NCBI RefSeq assembly: GCF_026571515.1
Contig: NW_026860085.1
Location: 124,001 to 188,000 of the forward strand
Origin: Ruditapes philippinarum
Taxonomy: Eukaryota
Length of the DNA: 64,000 nt
Direction: 5' to 3'
The notes under the pieces are model-generated. The model was not told the origin of the DNA, made no database searches, and saw only the letters and a program-made list of their open reading frames with translations. Below are positions 1 to 14,340 of the stretch, one piece after another. Both the position numbers and the translations under genes were made by a program. Position 1 is the stretch's first letter, and every line of letters begins with the position of its first letter.

Positions 1-231
1 GCCATGGAATAGCACTAATGTGTTACATTAATAGTTCTATGATAACAGCGTATGAACACATCTGCGGATGCGTGTAAAGTCGAATTGCCATCTTTTTCAT
101 GTTTAAATGTTGAATTATGCGTAAGGTTCTGCTTGGGAGGGGCGTGGAGGTAGCTTTCAAATACCACTACTGTTCAATCAAAAGGAGCCTGCAACATTTT
201 CAACTTTGTCGTTTTCGGCGTTCTTCAGTGG
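1..231. repeat. Unclassified dispersed repeat, copy 1 (runs off left edge)
   Basis: Colinear similarity to ~20463-20700, sharing catggaat, cgtatgaacacatctgcggatg, gtttaaatgttgaatt and ctgcaacattttcaa. Confidence 0.7.
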
Positions 232-1578
232 TAACTTTTGCCAAATGGTCCAAAAGCCAGCAATTACAGACCAATATCCCTTACTTGTATCTCCTCTTAA
301 TTAATGGAACATATTATAGTCTCCAACTTGGTGACCTATTTTGACAAGTACAGTATCCTCAGTCCCTATCAACATGGATTTCGGTCAAAACGTAGCTGCG
401 AAACTCAACTGCTGAGTTTCTCCCAAGAAGTATTTGACAACATAGACAGTGGACAACAGACGGACGTGATTGTGATGGATTTTTCAAAGGCCTTCGACAA
501 AGTCGACCATCACAAATTAATCCATAAGCTTAACAGAATGGGTGTTAACGAACAGGTATCCATCTGGGTCAGGTCATTTCTTCGCCACCGTAGCCAAAGG
601 GTTGCGGTGGAAGGTCAAATCTCCGACCAGCTACCAGTCTTATCCGGTGTCCCTCAGGGTTCAGTCCTAGGACCCTGTCTGTTCCTGGCATATATCAATG
701 ATTTGCCAGAAACTGTCAAAAGCCAAACCAGGTTATTTGCGGATGACACTATAGCTAGTCTATTTATATAGGACAGACTGACGCTGACAGACTACAGGAC
801 AACCTACATAAACTTGAAGTTTGGGAACGGGACTGGGCTATGGAGTTCAACCCAGACAAGTGTGAGGTGCTGAGGATCACCCGTAAAAAGAACCCCACCA
901 TCTTTCCATACACCCTTCATAATAAAACTCTCAAATCAGCAGAATATGCAAAGTACCTTGGAGTAACTTTCTCTAAAGACCTTAACTGGACACAGCATAT
1001 TAACCTCCAAGGCCAAAAATTCTCTAAGATTCATCCAGAGAAACGTCAAAACCCAAAACAGGCAACTCAAAACATCAGCCTATGTTACTTATGTCCGACC
1101 ACAATTAGAATACTGTTCCACCATATGGTACCCCTGGCAGAAACATTTAAGTCATAAGATTGAAAGTGTCCAACGAGCTGCGGCTAGATATGTCTGTAAT
1201 AATTTCGACAGTAGTGTAACCCAAATGCTAAATGAACTTGGGTGGCCTTCCCTCCCCAGATCCCCCAGTCCCGTACCCAATAGCATCTAAATTCCTACTT
1301 CCCTAGAACTCTCAGGTATTGGAATAGCCTTCCATATCAGGTCAAATTCAGTTCCAGCCTAGATGCCTTCAAGGATAGGTTGGCGACAGTCACCTTCTAG
1401 TCCCCACCCCAGTATGTTTTTAATCTTGCACTCTTTCTTTCATCCTGCACTTTTTTTTATCTGTGATCTTTATCTTTTAGTATGCACCTAATACTTTTAA
1501 CACATTTTTCCTGACAAGCGCCACCCAGTCATAGTCAGAATTGATTGTTCGGGAGTAACATGTAGATGTAGATGAAGA
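232..1578 (+). mobile_element. 5'-truncated, frameshifted non-LTR retrotransposon (CR1/jockey-group LINE), RT to 3' end
   Basis: NYRPISLTC, QHGFR, DFSKAFDKV, GVPQGSVLGP, LFADD, FNPDKC and KYLGV motifs across broken frames; short (tagatg)n tail at ~1562-1578. Confidence 0.92.
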
Positions 1579-2320
1579 TATACTGTATAACTAATTAAAA
1601 CCGAAATATAAGTCCTACTAGAAAAAGAAAAAAAAATAATAATGGAAAAACCAAATCAGAAAAATTAATGAAAATAACTAAATAAAAACTGTCTAAAATT
1701 TACCTATCTGAGACAAAAAAGTAATCCTTCCAAATAATCGGTAATTAATTTTTAAAAGCTTGTAGTAAACGAAAATACTTCAAACATAGTCGTACGTGGG
1801 GCTCGAACCTATGATCCCTGAGTTGAGAGAATTTTATTCCTTTAAAACTCTCTTTAAATTTTTTAACTTGGGTCAATTCTAGATATTTACAGAAATGTAG
1901 ATAAATGTTTTCTATGTCTGTGATATTAAGTACATGTACATGTACAACTTGATCTTAGGGCTGTGAAATATCAAAAATGTAGCATAGATAATTGACATGG
2001 TTTTTTTTTGTTTTTTTGGGGGGGTTTTCTAGTTAATTCAACAAACAAGGTCCAAAATGATAAAAAAAAGTCGAACGTTTCACTTTTGTATAGTATAAGT
2101 AACAGTAGTGTATTCATTAAACTGCCATAAATTTATACTGTACTGTATAGGCCCTTTTCATTTTGACAGACTATTTTCAGCATGTACATTTGCCTTTTCC
2201 GCAGAAAGGACCTTTTCGGTTATTGAGTGCTAGTTTATTAAGAAAGCGTTTGTCAACACTGATAAAACTTTAATATTTTTCTCAATTTTATGAAAACGTA
2301 AACGTAAGACAACAAACAAA

Positions 2321-5300
2321 ATGTCACACATAAGTCAGCAACGATTGATAGAAATGGAGGCGGAGATGGACAGGTATTAATATTTGTTATAACTTGAAAC
2401 AAACTAATAAAATTTGATGTCAGGTTAGCTCGTCCCATGGTCATCTCGTCCTCAAGCTCACCACTATTTAATCGCCCCTTTTAAATAGGTTTTTTGTAAG
2501 CCTACTGGACTTAGATTTGAACTAGAACAACACTAAATTGTAAAAATGGTTATAACTACAGGTGAAAGTAGTAGTCAGACACTACATCTCATGGACGTAC
2601 ATGTATGGATTTTGTACCAAACTGCACGCTACTGGCATGCGAGCAGTTCCCGTACAAAAATCATTGTTACTTAATCATTATTTTTTATTACGCTCACTCA
2701 CCAATAATTGAATGTTACACATCAATATTCGGCTCGTCACACAAATCATGGAAATTCCATCATGTTCTAAACATAGAATAACCCTTACTTATGAGGCCTC
2801 ATATGGGGTACCGAAATTATCCATTATTTTGTATGAAGAGAAGTAGTTCCCATACATAAAATCTAACCCATGATAATTATAAGATTTTATTATATCGGAC
2901 CTATTTTTCATTTACAATTGTTGAACAGACCATTCTCTAAGAGATAAATAGATGTAATTCAGGAAATAGAGCGTAGACTAAACGCGGGTATCTATTACCC
3001 GGTACCGTTACCCCAACGCATTCATATGCAGTAACATGCTTGTATGCATGATATTTTACGCATCAAAGCCATAAAATTATTATTTATAGTAATATTGGTC
3101 AACATTCTGATAATTAAACAATTTTTCATCTCATTGCCTACTTATTTGTAAACAGGTGGTATTAGTGGAAAACCCTTTAACAAGCCTCACGTGTAAGTAT
3201 TTTTGCGCATGCGCGCAAGGACGGAATCCCCCAGAGAAAACAAGGTCACGTTTTGACGACGCACAGGTGAAAGTGATTTAAAATGAGACTTTATATACGT
3301 ACTGCCGAACTGACAATTAGATTTTGTCTCGTTTATGTATCTGCTTGATTTGAAATGAATTTTTGAAGAATGCAAGTAAAAATCAAGCGTTTAAATGAAA
3401 AATACGGGTACTGCTTCTGTACGGGAACTGCTCGCATGCCAGTATAGGTTTATTAAAAAATATAATAAATTCTCCAGTATTTTGACTTATCCAAACATAA
3501 CCATACAGTACACATCTTTTTAATATGAAAAAGGCAAAGCCTCAAAGGGAGCTCGATTTTCTTTTACCATGAAATAGTTTAAAATAATCGTTCATTTTTA
3601 TTTGTCAATCGGTATTTTATACACTGCTTCCATTTATTCTGGTTCCTCCTTTCTATTATGGTTCCCATATAAGTGCGCAGGACACCAGTCTACGCTTCCG
3701 TTTCAGTGATTTTTCTACTTATATAACAGACTCCGAAAAAAGGCCTCTTCCCAATTGAAATTTTCTTTAAAATCATGCAGTTTTCCCAAAAATCTGAACT
3801 TAAACCAGCTTTTTTACTTCCCAAATCAGCAATTTTAGCGATAATTTTTCCCAAAATCAAGAGGCTCAGGCCTCTTCCCAATTAAGTGAGAAAAATCACT
3901 GCGTTTTCAATCAGAGTACATCAGCTTTCAGGGCCTTTTTACCTTCTATAACAGGGGCCGGTATAGGGCTGCTTCCCCAAAGAAAATTTCTTTAAAATCA
4001 TGCAGTTTTCCCCAAAAATTGAATTTACATCAAGTTTTTTCTTCCCCTTTTGCAAATATACCATGTAATTTTTCCCCAAAATTAAGGGCTGGGCTGCTTC
4101 CCCAACCTGTGAAAAAAGGCCCTGGCTTTTATCGTTATCTTGTAATTCGATAGTTGCGATGTGTCAATTCGATACTTTGGACGAAAGTTTTCAAAACCAT
4201 CACCTAGCAGGTACTCGCGTTACCATAAAGCTCGCTTTGCGAGCAGGCCCTTCGTGCCAGCTCGTCGAGATCGCTATAAAAGTTCCCGTAACCCAGATTT
4301 TACCCCCTATATTATCTTGCATTTTTGAGCATTTTGTGAAAAATGGCTGTTTTCATTGAAAAGCCTCCTGTTACAAGTTCAAATTGCTATGAAACTATAA
4401 AAAAATGTTTTCATACTGATCAAACTTGGCACAAATATAATGAACAACAAACCTCTATCAGATACTCAAGAGGAATGTGATCTAGGAGTTATTTTTTTTA
4501 AAAATCCTGAATTTAGCAAGCATATTTCTACAAAGATTAACAAGTCAAACTGTATCCTAGGTCTCATTATCAGGTCATTTGAGTATTTAGATGAGTATAC
4601 CTTTATTAAATTGTATACAGCATTGATTCGTCTGCATGTTGAATTTAGAAATGTTGTGTGGAATCAATACTTAATCAAAGATATATCAAGTCAAAAAAAA
4701 CTTCAACAAAGAGCAACAAAACTAGTTCCATCATTGAAATATCTAGTTCATACATTGACCGTTTAAACTGCCAAGTCTAACTCATGGTATATTAAGAGGG
4801 GATATGATTCAGACATTCAAAATTGTTACAGGCTTAGATGACTGTACTTTTGAAAAAATTTAGTTATTCGGTACCAACAAGAAGTCATGATTTAGTATGA
4901 AAAACTGTCATGTTTTGTATCATAATTATATCAATTTAATGGGGTTTTTTTTATACTTCTTTCAGATTTGAGCAAGAGATATTATCTGAACCATCTGCGA
5001 GTGACCTCCCACGTGTTGTAATTGGCTCTAATACATACCACCAGGTGTCGGCACAGTTGAAAATGCTTCGAGCTCAATCTGGAATGTCAATAGAAGAGAG
5101 GCAGAGAAAACAACAAGAAGTAAGTAATAGATTTGACTTACAGCTCAACTATTTCTTCCTGAATTTTGTGTTACTCATTAAAATTCATTCTGTTGTATAT
5201 TATGCATGGAAGCACTATTATCTTTTACACAAAGGTTTAATGTAAATTTTCTCAGCTACTGGTAATACTCAATATTATCATAGATTAAAGTTTGATTCAA

Positions 5301-8300
5301 GTTTGTTCTAGTTGTCATGGTGAAAAGTTTGACCCACAGTGTTACCATTTATCCACATATGTGCTTGTTTTGTGCATAAATTCCACCATTTACCTATAGA
5401 TATTTAAAGGGGGTTTTAAATTTTAGTAAATCAGGATAGATATTTCTATAGCTAAAACCATATTTTACGCACACAGGGATTTAAAATTGACAATTTTTCT
5501 GACCGGGGACCGAGCAACTGGGGGCTCAAGACAAGTACAGAAAACTATGAACAAAAAAACACAACATCAGGGAGAGTACGACGATGAAAAGATGACGGGG
5601 TTTATGCTGAAGGGGGGGCAAATACAGTATAGGTGGGTTAAAAATAATAAAGAAAAATACGCAAAATAGCAGACTTTTTGCACTGTTATCAGCTGAAACA
5701 GAAAGTTTTTTTTGGGGAAAATGAAAATTACATTACAAGTTAAGTACTACAGGTTATTAATTTCATTTTATTTTTAGTTTTTAAAAGGCAAAACTAATAA
5801 TAGAAAAAATTTCTTTTGGGGAAAAACTTATTTTGGTGGCAAAGGATATTACTTAAATGAAACAAAAATTCCTCTTTTTTTTCTTCTTTTCTCTTAACAA
5901 ATTTCTGTAATATAACTATTTCATGTACTAATCATCTATTTACAGTTGGCCGTCATGAACCACCAGCAAAGAAGCCAGCTTTAGATCTAATTTCCCGATC
6001 TTACAGCCCCCACCACCACCCTCCACCTGCAATGACTTCCACACCATCCTTCATGCCGCCACAGTACGGCACAGAGCCCCTCCTCCCCCACCCAACAGAC
6101 CTCCTATGGCAGGACCACCAAGAATGAGACCCCCACCACCACATGCACGACCTCCATTGGAGGCCCTATGGACCGGGTCCAATGGGACCTGGTCCCGGAT
6201 ATCATCACGGGCCGCCCAATGGGTCCAGGGCATATGGGCTGGGACCTGGGCCAGGACCTATGAGAGGTCCTCCTCCTATGGAATGAAAGACCAGGATTTG
6301 TATGCCAGGACCTCGCCCAACTTTGGTCACCCTTGGTCCTGGAATGTACGACACTTAAATCTCAAAAGGAGGAGAACATAAAAAAACAAAGACAAGGAAT
6401 GAAAAACCTAAATTTTATTTTTCCTTTTCCCCCTTTTAAAATGAAGAAAGGGAAAAAAGAAAAAAAAAAAAGAAAAAAAGAATGGATGAAGAAGGTTTCA
6501 AAAAGCTGGTTTATCAAATGGGTTTTTTAAATTTTTCATTTGAAATACATTATGAATTTTTTAAAAAAGAGTTAATATAATTCAAATTTATTTTAAACAA
6601 AACGCACGATTTCACAAAGAAAAATTTATACTTTTAATTTTTGCATTTTTAAAAAAAAAACACCAGACAAAAAGGAAAAAGTTATTTTTACACATTTAAT
6701 AGTTTTGTTTTTGTTGGGAACCAAACTTTTTAAGCACTCAAATCGTTCGAACAACCATACAACCCAATTTAAAAATTTCTTTCTCATGGAAAAAAGGCCC
6801 CTTTGGGGTTTTAAAACCCGCGGGCAGCAATCCTTAGATTACTAATCTGATGTGTTAACCACTTGGCGATGCTGCCACTCAATTATTTATAAGTTAAACA
6901 AAGTTAACCTTGTATAAACGTTGTATAGGTACATCAGAGAAGTCAACATCTGAGGAAAGTAAATCTGTATACACAGTGACGATGCCACCACCTATAAAAC
7001 CTCAACCTGAACCAGATGATGATCTACATGTAGCAGATATGGATATTGATAGTCAAATTATGTCAAATAAAAAGGAGAAGAAAGAAAAAAAGAAGAAATT
7101 TATACGTATGGCTGCAGGAACAACATGGGAGGATCCATCTCTTGGTGAATGGGACCCAGGTATATTGTTATACATGTGCTTATATTATTTTCAGAGCTTT
7201 CCTCTCTTGTATGCCAGTTTATTATACCAACTGTATAAATATAGGCGAGTTTGCATGTTAAGGCAATTTCTCACCCAGGGGCCCTCCTATTGCAGGGCGA
7301 CTTGGAGTGGGACCTCTTTTATCACCTCAAAATGATAAATGCTCTAGAGAATGGAATCAATCTATACTTATTTAGAAATTGATAATGCACCAAATATTTT
7401 ACCCGATTAGGCCCCAAAAAATTGTGATATGTTTACCTGACCCTAACTCTGACCTGATAAGTACATCCAATCCATTTGTTTTTTTATTCAAACAAAATTT
7501 ACTACCATTTAGTATGGTAACGCCCGAATCAGAATGTGTATGATACATACTTGTTTAATCATAACCCAGTGTAACAGAATTGACAGCTTAAACTGTTTTC
7601 TGTGTTTAAACAGTTAGAGATCACCATACTTTCAAGCATTTGGAAATTTACAATAATTATGCCATTTAGAGGGAGAATTATGTTACCCTGTCATCTTGCT
7701 GTCACACTGTCCATATGAAGACTGACTGACAAATCGCCATCCATGTCTAGTTATAAGAACTAAATCTACTTAGAAATATCAAATGAATTGTCATTTTACA
7801 ATTAAAAACTTCAGAAACAGACCAAACCACAACAAAATCTGTACCCAAAAGAAAACGAAACATCATACCCTTCCTTCTTTGGAGAGCAGTACAATTTATA
7901 TATTTAATGACGTAAAATTGACCAAAGTAGTGTCCGGTTGCAGTCTAACTAGACATTATACTGAATTCTATGAAATCTTCTAGCATCTTAGCTTGTCATA
8001 TTTAGGGTATTTCATACTCAAAGCAGGGCCAGGTTTTCTTTTCTGACGTCACCCACTACTGTTGAATAAATTCAGAACTTATATATTTTCACGAGATAAA
8101 TAGTTGTTCTATTAATGAACTTTATAAGGAAAATGTTTCTGTGTTTACACTGTACGAAATTATATTTAGACTTTGATATAATTTACTGTTTAAAAATTAA
8201 TCATCTATTAATTACATGTACTTAAATACATGTATATTAAACTATGTTAGCTCTATCATTTATCTGTCAAGTTGTTGTCTAATATTTAATTACTATTAAT

Positions 8301-9610
8301 TATTCTATGAAATGTGTTGGTAGCATTAAAAGTATCATATAGTCTGCATCACAGAAAAGTTTAGAGAAAAAATAATGTTTCATAGAAAAAAAAGTTGTGC
8401 TATATTATACTCTTTAATTTTCATTTACAGATGATTTTCGATTATTCTGTGGTGATCTTGGTAATGAGGTAACAGACGAAGTTCTAGCCAGGGCTTTCAG
8501 TAAATTTACCTCATTTGTAAAGGCAAAGGTAGTTCGAGATAAAAGGTCTAATAAAACTAAAGGATATGGTTTTGTGAGCTTTAAAGATCCAACAGATTAT
8601 GTTCGTGCAATGAGAGAAATGAATGGTAAGATATGATAAATGATATTAAGGGAAGGATAAACATTAGTCACATACACTGACCTTTATGATATTTAAAAAC
8701 AAATTTTGGTAACAGAAAATCAAAATTTGAGTTATAACTGAGTTATTATAGAATTCAAGCTAGATATATAAAGTTGTATATACATGCAAATAATATGCGA
8801 CAATATTTTGAATGCATGTCATTATATACCTCATGATGCAGTGGCGATTTTAAAATAAACCCCAAGAAATAAGAAATTTTACTGTCATATTGGGGTACCA
8901 TTTTGCATCTCATTTAAAAATGTGTTAGAATCCTTATCAGTACGATTATAGAAGAATTATGAGTGCCAATAATATTATAGTAAAATATATATTATAGTAG
9001 ATCTTTTTCCAATTACTTTTACATTTTCATTTTACTTTTTACAAATACATGTACTTATTATAAACTTATAAATGAAATATTGGGAAATATTAATGAAATA
9101 AAATGCTTATTTGTATTTTATGTATTTTCACTGTAAAAATTTATTTTTCACTGCAGTGAAACATATTTACCATATTTTCATTGGTGTCTTGCCAGATTTC
9201 TTTCTTCTTAATTCAGCCAGTACACAAAATTAAAAGGGAATTCTTCCTATTCATAAGGTTAAAAAAGAGAACAAGTATATAATAAAACAGTAAATTCAAA
9301 TTTTCTATTACCCGGTAATATGGGATTTAATTTCATCTTGTGGTATAAAAATGATCATATTTCACTTGTGGCTACCACTCGATGAAAATAAATCCTGTAT
9401 TTATAGAAGAAACTTGAATATCCTTTATTTATTTAGGAAACCAGCTGAGGATTCAAATGTTATCTTTCCTTTAATAAATTTGTTTTTTTATCTTCAGGTA
9501 AATATGTTGGGAACAGACCAATAAAACTGAGAAAAAGTAATTGGAAGGAGAGAAATATTGATATAGTGAAGAGGAAAGACAAGGAGAAAAAGAGACTAGG
9601 ATTAAAATGA
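2321..9610 (+). CDS. RBM42: RNA-binding protein 42 (RRM splicing factor), about 6 coding exons
   Basis: GT-AG exons: 2321-2373 (MSHISQQRLIEMEAEMDR), 4966-5119 (FEQEIL...), ~5946-6350 (Pro-rich, contains assembly indels, end uncertain), 6929-7159 (KKKKFIRMAAGTTWEDPSLGEWDP), 8431-8625 (DFRLFCGDLGNEVTDEVLARAF...KTKGYGFVSFKDPTDYVRAMREMNG), 9498-9610 (KYVGNRPIKLRKSNWKER...GLK*). Phases are compatible for the clean exons; AATAAA at ~9768. Confidence 0.95.
2632..3442. mobile_element. Non-autonomous DNA transposon (MITE) with TA target duplication, in RBM42 intron 1
   Basis: Perfect ~25-bp TIRs ctggcatgcgagcagttcccgtaca / tgtacgggaactgctcgcatgccag, with TA on both sides. Confidence 0.85.
3704..3901. 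mobile_element. MITE with CAG...CTG ends and 5-bp TSD (hAT5-like)
   Basis: TIR cagtgatttttct / agaaaaatcactg; direct repeat cgttt on both flanks; interior homologous to 3929-4124. Confidence 0.75.
3929..4124. mobile_element. Related MITE with CAG...CTG ends and 5-bp TSD (hAT5-like)
   Basis: TIR cagggccttttt / aaaaaggccctg; direct repeat gcttt on both flanks; shares tttctttaaaatcatgcagttttccc with 3704-3901. Confidence 0.75.
4430..4900 (+). mobile_element. Degenerate CR1-type LINE fragment (post-RT region)
   Basis: DLGVIF, ILGLIIRSFEYLD, LYTALIR, QQRATKLVP and RGDMIQTFKI motifs, with frameshifts. Confidence 0.8.
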
Positions 9611-10788
9611 TGAGACTTGTGAGAGGGATGTACATGTGAATAGTTTTATATACCACAACACTGATTGACGACCAAACATTTGAAATGAATTGTCCAGTCA
9701 GATATCGTCTTTCAGAAAGTGTTATCCTGACATATAGTGCTTTAGTCCTGGTGTTGATTAACTTTTGCAATAAATCTGTTTCCACTCATAAATAATTGGA
9801 AGCAATCATGGAAAACAAAAAATCTCTTTCATATACTTTTGCACCTTAATTATAAATGTGCAGTTTTGTTTAACAACAATAGATTTGTTAACTATGATCA
9901 TACTAAGAAGGTAGTATACAATAAGTTGAGAAGGATAGTTAGAATATGACTAGCTAGCCAACAAAAACACATTTCTCCTATACAGTCAGTATACTTGTTC
10001 TGAAATAACTTTTATATGTCTCATACTTTAGGACAATTTTTATTGTGAAGCCTGAGAAAATAAACAGAAGCACAAACATAAACACTTAGGTAAATAAAGA
10101 CTTGGTTCAAATTGATTCTGTTTTGAATGATAAATTGAAATGTTACCATTAAGGCTATTGGTACTTTGCGAAACGGAACGAAACGAAATGGAACGAGGGG
10201 CACCATATAGGGAAATTAAGAATTTAAGTATTCTAGAAATCTACAATTAATATCAGACATTTAGACAAGATAGTTTGTGAATCATGCAAACATTGGGACA
10301 TGGCAATATAAGTGGTAGTGTTCTTAAAAAGAATGCATAGACTGAATGCAGTGATTGAAGAATAAGAATGTAAAACACAAATTTTATCCGATCTTTTTTA
10401 AGGATTACAGACCCAATTGAGCCTGTACATGTATGTGAACAGCAATTATTGGTATTTTCTAGTGTAATGATGTCAGTGGATTATTAAACACTATCTAACG
10501 TGACAAATGTACTAAACATAGGTAATTAAAGAAAAACTGGAATCATTATGAAATGCTGTATGTAAATGTAGGTGTCCAAAATGATGCATACATTAAATAT
10601 ATTTGTTAATGAATTGTTCTTTTGTTAGTGTTTTTACCGTCTTTGAGTCTCTTAGTACATTTATATTGGCAACAATTAAAGCTACTCTCCCACACAAAAC
10701 AGGTCTAAAAACATCAACATATATGTTAAAAGTTATTAAATATGCATAATAGTAAAATTTGCAGTTTCCACAAGATATCTGTGACCTA

Positions 10789-11546
10789 AAGGCCTCAACA
10801 GACGGTAGGATTTTGAAGTACACCACCAATTAAAACTAAGATGTACAGACAAATCTTAATGTGTGAAGGCTACTATTTCTTGATTTCAGACACCTTATGT
10901 CTAGATGTAAGGGATGGGACATGTTCTATTTTGAAAATCTTGTCGTACTGATTTTTTCAGACCTCCCACAATGACAAGTAACAGATAACCAAATTATCTC
11001 CTGATAATGGGTGTAATGAATGAAATTCCAGAACAATTAGGGCTAAAAGGTAAACATAGTAGTAAGATGGGGTAAAAATGATGTTGAAAAACTCTTCAGG
11101 AGACCCAAAGTTGTGTTATGTTCGAATCCCAAATTATTCCGAAAATGATTATGTCATGGTATTGAATTGAATTGTTCTCTAATTATGGGAGGGGAGGTAG
11201 TTTGTAGGCGGCCAGATAGCTTAGTCAGTAGAGCCGCAGTAGGGTATTCCGAGGGTCCCAGGTTTGAGTCTCGTTCAGGCTTCACATTAAATAAATAAAT
11301 ATATATATATTTTTTTTTTTAATGGAGGTGTTTCAATCATTACTCATGGCGAAAAAAGTATTTAGTGAGTAAAGTATGTAAAGGATCAATGTCAAGGGAT
11401 CCTTTTTATGGGAAACCTCAGATGATTCTTACAGTGTAGAAAATTTTTAATACCGTCTGAATGCAAGTGTTGTATAGCTTTGAAAATTGTACATCTTATC
11501 TCTAATTAATGCTGTACAACTAAATCCTACCGTCTGTTGAGGCCTT
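10789..11546. mobile_element. Non-autonomous TIR element flanked by TA
   Basis: TIR aaggcctcaacagacggtaggattt / aaatcctaccgtctgttgaggcctt; contains a degenerate tRNA-like SINE head at ~11207-11290. Confidence 0.75.
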
Positions 11547-13296
11547 TAGGGTTGTCATGATTCACTGGACACAGATATAAACACCCCTATCATCAAGCCT
11601 GTTAACATGAAGCGAACAGGACAGTTTGATGCAGGTAGAACTTACAATATGTCAATTTGAAAACCTGATTTCAGAGATATGTCCTCTTTTTTTTCCTTTT
11701 GCCTCTTCTTGTAGACATAATTTTCTATGATATATTGTGCAGCTATCCTTTGCAGGATAAAAATCAAAGGGCTGCATGCTCTGTGGTATTTTCTGATCTT
11801 TCCTGTATAAGTTTATTTTTATATACTATTATTCATCTTACGCAGTGACTGCGTTTAACAGTTTGTGATTGATACATATGGAATTTTGCATGCCTAGAGT
11901 TGCATCAAAAATCATTTTTCATTTTTTATTACAGCCACACTTTATCCTTGCATATCGTGGCTATTTCCTTAAAAAACACTTCAAAAAAAAGTTGCCTCAA
12001 CAAGGATTTTAACCTTAGCCTCTCACACCTAAACGAGCGCGCTACCTCTGCACCACAGTGAAGTAATACGTATGTAGCGTGAATAAAAACAAATATATTG
12101 TAATTCTAAAATTTTGAGAATTTTCATTTCGTAATTTGTAATCCTTATTAAATTTCGAGGTATTTTGTTCACGATAAACCTGTTGTTAAACACTGATGAA
12201 AATAATTTAGCGAAAATCTTCTCGCCAAAACAGTCAGACATGTATATATTCCATTACTCGACAGTCTGATTTATTTGTGTACTATGCTCTGGAGTATTCG
12301 GGTAATCGACATAGCTAAAAATAGCGTTTTCATTAAGCTTTACGGAAATAGTCGAACATTTTCATTGGGTAAAAAAGATATTCATCCGAAAATTTGTGAT
12401 TTGTAAAACCTCATATTTCTATTGACTAATGTAAACTTTAAATGCACTGTAATTCGTTTAATGCCTACATTAAAAATTATTCTTTCTTTTAAATTGCTGG
12501 TTTTTAAGCAGTTTTGAGTGAGAACCTCTTTGCGTTGTTAGGTCTGTGAGGAAATTTTGTGTTAGACCGTGGATGTTAGCTATGTATTTACTGATCTTGC
12601 GATCAGAAAATACAAAAACTTAGCAAGCACGCAACCAACGAATCAACATGCAAATGGTTAACGGGTGTGTTTTTAATTTAAGTCACTATTTACATAATAA
12701 ATCATTGAAACAGTTTAAAATTTCAGCATAATAAACATTGCAAAAACTTAAGATGTTTTTTTGTCGGACACGACATGTAGTAATCATCTAGTTCCATACA
12801 AATGTGAGTTTGTGGTGAAATTCTATCTTTTTATAACATTTTATTTCAAAAACACCCCAACTACAACTATGTGAGGGAAAGTAGATTTAAACCTTAAATT
12901 GTCACCAGTATACCACAAGCCCAGTATATACATCTGTGCATTTTGATATTTATGTAAGGTATATTGGCTGCCATTTCCAACAAACACCTTTGAAGTTTCT
13001 GTATTTTCTGATCTAAAGCTAAACTGCAGATCCCCATCTGCTTACTTGTTTTTTCAGCATAAATTACCAGGCAGTGGCCTAGTAGTAAAAGTTTCTGCCT
13101 CTCAACTTAAGAATGGTTGGTTTTATTGTACGACATTGGTACTGGTTAGATACTAGAGACATTCTTTGAGCTACATGCTTTCTTTATATACCAATTACAT
13201 GTTGAATGAAATTATCTTGGACTTACTGGATTCACATTTATTGCTGTGGTTACAAGTGACACTTATAAAATTTACATGTGCAAAACATTGTCAACT

Positions 13297-13619
13297 ACAA
13301 GGGTTTTTGTCACAAAAACATATGTCTCCCAAATCTATGTATGGTCACTTATCAGGAGTCGTGTGAAGTTTCATTGAAATCCCACCGGCAGCTTGACTTG
13401 TGAAAGCACAACAAAAAATTTCTATTTTTAGCTCTGGCGGCCATTTTGTGCAGCGAAGGGGAATGTGCCTGTAATGTGCACAACTAGAGACAGTACTGAT
13501 CACTCCTGTAAAGTTTGGTTGAAATCCCACCAGTAGTTTGACCTGTGAAGGCTGGACAAGCTGAATACAGACAGATGGACAGAAGGCAACACGTCTCCTA
13601 AAATTTTGGGAGACATAAT
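13297..13619. mobile_element. Short Helentron-associated (HINE/pearl-like) element
   Basis: tatgtctccc near the left end and its inverse gggagacata at the right end; (cag/gac)-type microsatellite before a terminal hairpin (gtctcc...ggagac). Confidence 0.55.
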
Positions 13620-14340
13620 CAGGGTCGCCTGATTCAGAGTATTAAGCTCTACCTTTCGAGCTAACCGGACGGCTATTAAAGTGAGTCTTATTCAACAGTT
13701 TCTTGTTTACAGCACTGAAAACATTAGCCCCCCCCTTTCCTATTCATTGTTTGGTCCACTGCTTACAAAGTTACACAAACTAAAACCATTGTGTTCTTTT
13801 GTGTAAACCAGGTCAGACAGTGACTATGTATTAATTAGATTTTGTCCATTTGCATTAAACTGTTAACACTGGAAATGTTGGACAGTCCATTTGCTTGTAG
13901 TGTTGGATCAGAAGAAGAAATATTGCAGGGAGTTTGCTGCTGGTCTTGTGAAATACACTTTTACTATAAAATAGAATTTAAAAATGGTCTGTGTGTCCTC
14001 AAATCATTCTGTTCCAAAAGCAACATTGCCTGACAGGACTTAAATTCTACAACAAAGTTTAAACATACAAATACCTCATAAACAAAATATATCAAACACA
14101 TAATACTAGTTGTTTTTAAATTTATTTACTTACACAAAAGAATTCAAATCATCACTAAATTTGTCTATGAAACAAGCAAGTCAATAAATTTCAACATCTG
14201 AATTCTTTTTTACCATAAAAAACAATACTAATCAATTTAACCTTTTCACTTTTCCCTTTTTATCCTTTAAAAGTATTTCTTGCTGTCAAAATTCCTGAAA
14301 TGTTTAGTTTAAATAATGATCACTGGAACTATATATAATG

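Noticed and set aside
5400-6830. RBM42 pseudogenisation (frameshifts in the Pro-rich exon)
   Set aside because: The whole stretch shows homopolymer-distorted, unpolished sequence while all other exons are intact. Similar patches occur at ~27100-27850, ~36950-37100 and ~38270-38650.
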